Source of the DNA: a virus
Strand: one strand, 5' to 3'
DNA length: 64,000 bases
Virus record (IMG/VR): IMGVR_UViG_3300025093_000012
Span: 48,838 to 112,837 of that record
Shown here: piece by piece, positions 59,028-64,000 of the stretch
Numbering within the stretch: position 1 is the first letter of the stretch
Layout of the letters: every line of letters begins with the position of its first letter
The notes under the pieces: generated by a model
What the model saw: the letters and a program-made list of their open reading frames with translations, nothing else
Databases searched by the model: none
What the model was told of the DNA's origin: nothing
Made by a program: the position numbers and the translations under genes

Positions 59028-59854
59028 TGCGGATTATCTTTGAGCCACATAATAAGACTTACAACTTCATCTTTTAAATATGGCAGGTCATACATTTTAA
59101 TTTCTTTAATAACAGGCTCCCCTTGATTGTTAAGCTTAGTAATAGGATAGCCATGCTCATTTTCACCTTCTTTTTCAAATAATACATGTTGAATTTGTAA
59201 TTTTCCTATCTTTAATTTAGGATTGTGCTTTTTAATAATATACGCATATAAACTCAATTGAAGGTTATAATGATTAAGATTACAATCATCTAAGTGTGAT
59301 ACAGGATTAAACAATTTAGATGTAATACCTTCCCAATTAGTAAATCCTTTCTCTTTTATTTCTTTATTTGTTTTGTAATCTAAAATGTTTATTTGACCAT
59401 TTACTATTGTAACTAAATCTGCTTGACCACAAACTCCTAGTGACTTTAAATACACAAAGTGTTCTGGATACACACCATCAATTAATTTTTGATCTGGTGC
59501 AATCTTAATACCATTATCATCTACAATAGGTCTTACAATAGGCACTTCAACACCTTCTCTTTCTATTGTATTAAACTCACATAAATTTTCTTCTCTTTGG
59601 TTATGATACCAGTTACCTAATTCAATTGCTCTTTCAGTTTCACCATTCCATGCATCAGTGATTTGTTTAGGTGTCATACCATACCACTTAGATCTTTTGT
59701 TTTTGCTAGACTTAACAGCTTGACTTTTTGCATCAAACTTAGGTTTAAACATCCCAATAAAACTAGTAACACTAGTCCAATTAATTTTATCTTTTTCAAG
59801 ATGCTCATCTAAGCTCTCATAAACATGACCTTTTTCTCTAAATATTACAGGCAT
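59021..59854 (-). CDS. PD-(D/E)XK (RecB-like) nuclease (277 aa)
   Basis: SVTSFI, GNWYH, GQADLV, ILDYKT, QLSLYAY. Confidence 0.85.
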   Translation of the reverse strand: MPVIFREKGHVYESLDEHLEKDKINWTSVTSFIGMFKPKFDAKSQAVKSSKNKRSKWYGMTPKQITDAWNGETERAIELGNWYHNQREENLCEFNTIEREGVEVPIVRPIVDDNGIKIAPDQKLIDGVYPEHFVYLKSLGVCGQADLVTIVNGQINILDYKTNKEIKEKGFTNWEGITSKLFNPVSHLDDCNLNHYNLQLSLYAYIIKKHNPKLKIGKLQIQHVLFEKEGENEHGYPITKLNNQGEPVIKEIKMYDLPYLKDEVVSLIMWLKDNPQC

Positions 59855-59855
59855 A

Positions 59856-60248
59856 TTATTTGTTTTTATTTTTGTTATCTCTCTCCTCTTTCATTCTCTT
59901 CAATTTTTCATCATGCTTCTTTTTATCTTCCATGTTTAAATACAATTGTTTTTTCAATTGATTTTCCATTTCTTCAGGCATAATAGATTTCCATCTACCA
60001 ACTGGGCAATCTGCAGATAATGCTCTTGTCTTAAGAGCAATACTACAGCCACATTCTGAACAACAAGGTTGTGTTCCATTTACAGCACATGATCCACCTT
60101 CTCTATCAAGCAAAGGACATATTTTACACTCTTGCCATCTTAATTTTGCAATAGCTTCAACATCTGCTTTCTTAAACACTCTGTTCTTAATACCTTCAGC
60201 AATCTGATCAAGATTACCAAAAGCAGCTAGTAGTTTATTTATTCTCAT
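59856..60248 (-). CDS. Cys-rich putative Zn-binding protein (130 aa)
   Basis: R...CKICP...CCSECGC...KTR....CPVGRW. Confidence 0.6.
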   Translation of the reverse strand: MRINKLLAAFGNLDQIAEGIKNRVFKKADVEAIAKLRWQECKICPLLDREGGSCAVNGTQPCCSECGCSIALKTRALSADCPVGRWKSIMPEEMENQLKKQLYLNMEDKKKHDEKLKRMKEERDNKNKNK

Positions 60249-60597
60249 CTCTAAACTTCTTTTTTTCTTCTATATTTTGCTCTACCTTTTTAAGTAACTC
60301 TTCCATTGCTTTTAACTTTGCTTTGACTGGTATTGATTTATCATAACCATCAAATGTCATTTTCTCTAAATTTCCTAGTATATCTTTATTTCTCTTTATA
60401 CTTTTTTTTAACTTGCCAACTCTTATTGAAAATGTACCTAAGTTTGGTAGATGAATCTTTGTATGTGTTAAATTAGATAGATTCTTTCTAACTCTATCAT
60501 AAAAAAAATATACAAAGTCTCTCACCAAATCCTTGTGCACTTCAGCTTCTTCAGCAATATCATCATAAAAGTTTTTATAATGTTTTGGATTCAACAC
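60235..60597 (-). CDS. HU/IHF-like DNA-binding protein (120 aa)
   Basis: IAEEAEV.KDLV...KIHLPNLGTFSIR matches the HU/IHF signature. Confidence 0.7.
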   Translation of the reverse strand: MLNPKHYKNFYDDIAEEAEVHKDLVRDFVYFFYDRVRKNLSNLTHTKIHLPNLGTFSIRVGKLKKSIKRNKDILGNLEKMTFDGYDKSIPVKAKLKAMEELLKKVEQNIEEKKKFRDENK

Positions 60598-60946
60598 CTA
60601 ATATTTTATATTCTAAAAACAATGGTCCGTCAATCTGCACATTCATTGCTGAATTAAGTTCAATTGTCTTTTTATTATTACCATTCTTAACTATCAGTCC
60701 TTTCTTTTCTGCTTTGGATAAAGCATTTCTGCAAGACTGCGGGCTTTTAAAAACCCCTCCTTCTGACACTAGATTGCAAAACTTTGTCATCTCAACATTA
60801 CCCTCCATAGCAAGCAGATATAAACAGTTTAAATCTGACATGCTTATTTGAATATCATTAAAGAAACAATAAGTAAGTATCTGAAACTTTACAGCCTCAC
60901 CAATCTCTACTTTTGCCCTCTTGTCTACTTTGTTTACTAAAGCCAT
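60575..60946 (-). CDS. Putative winged-helix DNA-binding protein (123 aa)
   Basis: SPQSCRNALSKAEKKGLIVKNG...IELN is a wHTH recognition helix plus wing pattern. Confidence 0.55.
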   Translation of the reverse strand: MALVNKVDKRAKVEIGEAVKFQILTYCFFNDIQISMSDLNCLYLLAMEGNVEMTKFCNLVSEGGVFKSPQSCRNALSKAEKKGLIVKNGNNKKTIELNSAMNVQIDGPLFLEYKILGVESKTL

Positions 60947-61554
60947 GTTTTTGGTATATCTTTACTTTCTACTAAAGTGTATGAGAAACTATTTCCCCAT
61001 ACATCTCTTGATTTTCTAATAACCTTCATGAACTCTACCCAGTCATCATTAGATGCAATAACCTGACATCCTGCAGACCATTTATCTATTTCAGTAGACT
61101 TTTTACCAGCATATTTAGTAGCCCTATGAATATTGATACCAAACATACCCCTGTCAAGATTTTCTTGATTTAAGTTGTATAGATCATCTCTATTGTTATC
61201 TCTATAAACAACTACAGGTTTAGATTGACACAATGCCTCATATCTACCTTGGTGCTTTCTTATCTTGTAAGAACTTAGATATTGCCCTTCTTTAAGGATA
61301 GCAACACCTTTTTCATTCATTACATTTTCTGTCCAGTGTGTACCTGGATCAGTTGTACATTCAAACTCACAGTATTGCCATCTATCTTTTATCTTATAAG
61401 ATAATGTAATAAGGTCATCAAACTTATTAGTTACTTTATTTTTTGTAAGGGAGTTTCTAATACCAACTATATTGACATTATACTCCCCCCTTTCAAAAAA
61501 TTTATATCCTTTGCGTTGTAGTGCTTGTTTTATGTGATCAACACTATACTGCAC
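60937..61554 (-). CDS. L,D-transpeptidase-like (His/Cys) cell-wall enzyme
   Basis: NIVGIRN...NKFDD...TTDPG...GINIHRA...WSAGCQV (His...S.GC dyad). Likely GTG start at 61554, overlapping the upstream stop. Confidence 0.6.
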   Translation of the reverse strand: MQYSVDHIKQALQRKGYKFFERGEYNVNIVGIRNSLTKNKVTNKFDDLITLSYKIKDRWQYCEFECTTDPGTHWTENVMNEKGVAILKEGQYLSSYKIRKHQGRYEALCQSKPVVVYRDNNRDDLYNLNQENLDRGMFGINIHRATKYAGKKSTEIDKWSAGCQVIASNDDWVEFMKVIRKSRDVWGNSFSYTLVESKDIPKTWL

Positions 61555-61888
61555 TTGAATCACGTTTAAGAGATCTCTTAATTGTTCTTGCTGCTTCAGC
61601 ACCATCCATTGCAGTATTAAACTCAGCTTTCATCTCTGAAGCAGGTTCATCTTCTTCTGGAGAAGGGGCCATAGTTTGAGCAATAAACATCTGTGCTTGT
61701 AATCTTTCAGCACGTGTCTTTTCAATATCTCTTAAAAGCTCTTCATATTCAAGCTGAACTTTTAGAGCAGGAATATTATCCTCATAATATTTGGTAATCT
61801 CCTTTCTTTTAGCGTCCATCTCTTTTTTAGACATAGCAGCTGCATCTAAAGTTTCAGTGTTTTCCTTGGTTTTTTTACTTGTTGCCAT
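61544..61888 (-). CDS. Hypothetical coiled-coil protein
   Basis: Helical ORF; likely start MATSKK at 61888, downstream of a TAnnTTTG element. Confidence 0.6.
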   Translation of the reverse strand: MATSKKTKENTETLDAAAMSKKEMDAKRKEITKYYEDNIPALKVQLEYEELLRDIEKTRAERLQAQMFIAQTMAPSPEEDEPASEMKAEFNTAMDGAEAARTIKRSLKRDSSAV

Positions 61889-61912
61889 TTGAATAAATTT
61901 ATAATTAAGGCA

Positions 61913-61920
61913 CAAATATA
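61913..61920 (-). promoter_or_regulatory. Bacteroidota sigmaA-type -7 element TATATTTG
   Basis: Perfect TAnnTTTG about 25 nt upstream of ATG 61888. Confidence 0.6.
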
Positions 61921-61923
61921 TAC

Positions 61924-61952
61924 AAAAAGTTTAAATAAAAAAAGTTTAAATA
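61924..61952. repeat. Direct repeat AAAAAGTTTAAATA x2 (15-bp period) upstream of the promoter
   Basis: Exact copies at 61924-61937 and 61939-61952. Confidence 0.6.
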
Positions 61953-61957
61953 GATTT

Positions 61958-62620
61958 TTAATGATAACCGTTCAATAATTCTAATAATTCATTTATAGCT
62001 TGATGTCTATGTGAATCTCTTAATGTAGTTTTAAACACATGATTTGATGCTACAAGTTTAGACATATCATGAAAGGCAGAGTGTTGTTTATCTCTTAAAT
62101 CAATTTGATAAGAATCACCACAAAAAATCATCTTAGAATCTTTACCTAACCTACCTATTGCCATTGCAAGTTGTGATTTGGTTAAGTTTTGATACTCATC
62201 AACAATTACTACCGCATCATCAAAAGTACGGCCTCTAAAGTGGGCTAATGATACAAGCTCAATCTTTTCTTCTTTCTCAAGCTTTTCAAGAATAGCTGGC
62301 TTATTATAAACCTTACGCATGTTAGATCTAATAGGAACTAACCATGGCTCCATCTTTTCTCTTTCAGAACCAGGCAAGAAACCATTATCTTCTGTAGAAA
62401 CAGTTGGTCTAGTTATAATTATTTTATTGACTTGTCTTTTAAACAGTAGATCTAATGCTACTTGTACAGCTAATAATGTTTTACCACTACCAGCATTACC
62501 ACAAATAAAGTTATAAGGGTGTTTTAAAATCTCAGTTTTTGCTTTTTTCTGTTCGTTAGATAGACTGAGAGAAAATCTAACATTTCCTTTAGGGGGAGAC
62601 TTCTCTTTATTTTGAGTCAT
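61958..62620 (-). CDS. phoH: PhoH-family ATPase
   Basis: GNAGSGKT, IIITRP, GFLPG, FRGRTF, VDEYQN, RLG..SKMIFCGD..QID. Likely start is ATG 62620. Confidence 0.93.
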   Translation of the reverse strand: MTQNKEKSPPKGNVRFSLSLSNEQKKAKTEILKHPYNFICGNAGSGKTLLAVQVALDLLFKRQVNKIIITRPTVSTEDNGFLPGSEREKMEPWLVPIRSNMRKVYNKPAILEKLEKEEKIELVSLAHFRGRTFDDAVVIVDEYQNLTKSQLAMAIGRLGKDSKMIFCGDSYQIDLRDKQHSAFHDMSKLVASNHVFKTTLRDSHRHQAINELLELLNGYH

Positions 62621-62627
62621 AAGAAGA

Positions 62628-62846
62628 CTATTTTTTGTTTGCAAACTTTTCAGCTCCTGCAATACCAAAAGAACCTAGTACAATCCAGACAAATGAGTTA
62701 TATACAAATTCATTTATCACAAGATCTTTACCAAACCAACCAGTAAGCAGATCTGCAAACATGATTAAACACATTACTAAAAAGGCTATAAATCCTACTA
62801 TGGTTTTTTCATTCCATTCATTGTCATTTCTAAATATATTCCACAT
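62628..62846 (-). CDS. Small two-TM membrane protein, holin candidate (72 aa)
   Basis: Two hydrophobic segments (IVGFIAFLVMCLIMFA; FVWIVLGSFGIAG) and a basic C-terminus; directly downstream of the amidase. Confidence 0.55.
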   Translation of the reverse strand: MWNIFRNDNEWNEKTIVGFIAFLVMCLIMFADLLTGWFGKDLVINEFVYNSFVWIVLGSFGIAGAEKFANKK

Positions 62847-62851
62847 GATAA

Positions 62852-63730
62852 TTACCTTAAGGATACCAACATATCCATTAATTCTTCTTGAGGAAACATA
62901 TCTGACTTATCAGTGCGTACATTAGAGTGTGTCCATACACCTGTTAATTTACCTGCACGTACATCAGCTATGTATTCAAATGCCTCAGCTCCCTTTTCTT
63001 TCACTAGTTTTGGCAGTCCTTTTCTAATATCTATCTCATCACGCTCTCCAATCCAAATAATCCAGTCTCTTAGAACCTCAATTTGTTTATCAGAGTACCT
63101 GTGCCAGGTATCATACCCTCTAAATGGCTTATCTAGCTTAACTAGTTGTGACTCAGCAGCAACTGTTCCTGCATAGGTTTTCCCATCTTTTATGTAGCCA
63201 AAATTGTTAACTTCTACTGCTACAGAGTTTTTGTGCATGTGACTTCTACCTGTACCTAAGTGCCAACCCCAACCACCTTGAGGTGTACACTGTACCAATA
63301 CTCCATCATACTTATCATCATTACCTTTGATTGACTGACCACCAATAAGAAATTCAGTGGCTATACGCCCTCTTGTGTCTCTACCCCAGTGATCAACAGT
63401 TCTAAATGGGTTATGCCATCCTGCTGTGTGGTGTAAGAAAATGTATTCTGGTTTACTGCCCGTCATGTATTCATCAGATGGTAGCATATGACGGTTTACA
63501 ATAAGTCCATTAGGAGTTTGGTATCTAGATTCATCAGTATCTGTAGATGATAATCCCATTGCATCCCATGTCTTTGGTCCTACAATGCCATCTACTACAA
63601 GCTTGTTCTCAGATTGCCAAGCTTTTACTGCTCTTTCTGTTGCTGGTCCAAATATACCATCAGCAACAATGCTTAATACTTCTTGTATCTGCTTAACTTC
63701 TTTTCCTCTAGATCCTTTCTTTAGTAACAT
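62852..63730 (-). CDS. Endolysin: peptidoglycan-binding domain + N-acetylmuramoyl-L-alanine amidase (292 aa)
   Basis: LKKGSRG...DGIFGPATE..VKAWQ...DGIVGPKTW; IFLHHTAG, SVAVEV, TH..VR.DKSD.FP. Confidence 0.88.
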   Translation of the reverse strand: MLLKKGSRGKEVKQIQEVLSIVADGIFGPATERAVKAWQSENKLVVDGIVGPKTWDAMGLSSTDTDESRYQTPNGLIVNRHMLPSDEYMTGSKPEYIFLHHTAGWHNPFRTVDHWGRDTRGRIATEFLIGGQSIKGNDDKYDGVLVQCTPQGGWGWHLGTGRSHMHKNSVAVEVNNFGYIKDGKTYAGTVAAESQLVKLDKPFRGYDTWHRYSDKQIEVLRDWIIWIGERDEIDIRKGLPKLVKEKGAEAFEYIADVRAGKLTGVWTHSNVRTDKSDMFPQEELMDMLVSLR

Positions 63731-63745
63731 ACTTGGTCTTTACTT

Positions 63746-64000
63746 TTAACACTTCCACTTCTTTCTTGCTAGACACGCTCTTTTCTTAGGAGTTTTTCTA
63801 CAATCAATATTAAACTTCTTGATTTGTCCTAAGTTTCTAGCACAGAAAGATCTCTTACGTGGTCCTCCACCAGGTTGTGGAGCTTTCAACTTTGATCCCG
63901 TTTTACGGTTAATCATCTTGCGTCCTTTAGCAGTCAATCCACCTGACTTACTTTTACAACCATTCTTGATTGTACATCCAGACATTGCACCTTTTTTCTT
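63746..64000 (-). CDS. Small basic protein, DUF6321-like; 5' end may lie beyond the window
   Basis: KSGGLTAKGRK..NRKTGSKLKAP...RKRSFCAR...ARKKWKC; the frame stays open to the window edge (KKKGAMSG). Confidence 0.65.
   Translation of the reverse strand, partial: KKKGAMSGCTIKNGCKSKSGGLTAKGRKMINRKTGSKLKAPQPGGGPRKRSFCARNLGQIKKFNIDCRKTPKKRACLARKKWKC

Noticed and set aside
59021-59854. Cas4 / CRISPR system
   Set aside because: The nuclease lacks the four-Cys Fe-S pattern of Cas4, and no repeat-spacer array or other cas gene is visible.
9-63176. All plus-strand ORFs and short nested minus-strand ORFs in the track
   Set aside because: They lie antisense to or out of frame within long, motif-bearing minus-strand genes and have the Leu/Ser/Phe-rich composition of shadow ORFs.
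1-64000. Stop-codon reassignment, as found in some crAss-like phages
   Set aside because: Genes are long and tightly packed under the standard code, and TAG (13926, 61544) and TGA (55562) act as real stops adjacent to the next gene or gap.
1-64000. tRNA or structured ncRNA genes
   Set aside because: Intergenic gaps are at most about 130 nt and are accounted for by promoter motifs and hairpins; no cloverleaf-like sequence was seen.

Overview
The window is an AT-rich fragment of a large crAss-like (Crassvirales-type, podovirus) phage of a Bacteroidota host, probably an aquatic Flavobacteriia host (inferred from TAnnTTTG promoters and PhoH). All credible genes are on the minus strand and use the standard code. 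Read right to left, the order is: DUF6321-like protein, amidase endolysin, small membrane protein, PhoH, L,D-transpeptidase-like protein, wHTH and HU/IHF-like proteins, PD-(D/E)XK nuclease, VapA-like protein, GroES, terminase large subunit, portal, scaffold, capsid accessory protein, major capsid protein, ring/hub/fibre genes, a metallophosphoesterase, a 2555-aa muzzle protein, four very large cargo proteins (2335, 1117, 1542, 1140 aa), and a giant ORF (>3476 aa). The giant ORF is missing from the ORF track because it runs off the left edge; it carries a zincin motif and is probably the virion RNA polymerase precursor. The most striking observation is that three adjacent cargo proteins (13926-28965) are strings of unrelated domains punctuated by about 20 copies of a short (L-P-K)-[AYF]-Q/K-x-G-G-[SED] linker. 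In the 2335-aa protein the motif falls at apparent domain boundaries, suggesting a modular polyprotein cargo system with a shared processing or packaging tag. Other points of note: a hidden 24-codon ORF coupling terminase to portal, a repeated TATATTAT late-promoter-like motif, a vWA/lectin/Cys-rich decorated muzzle, and a Rhodococcus VapA-like protein. All family assignments come from motif recognition and synteny; no database search was run.
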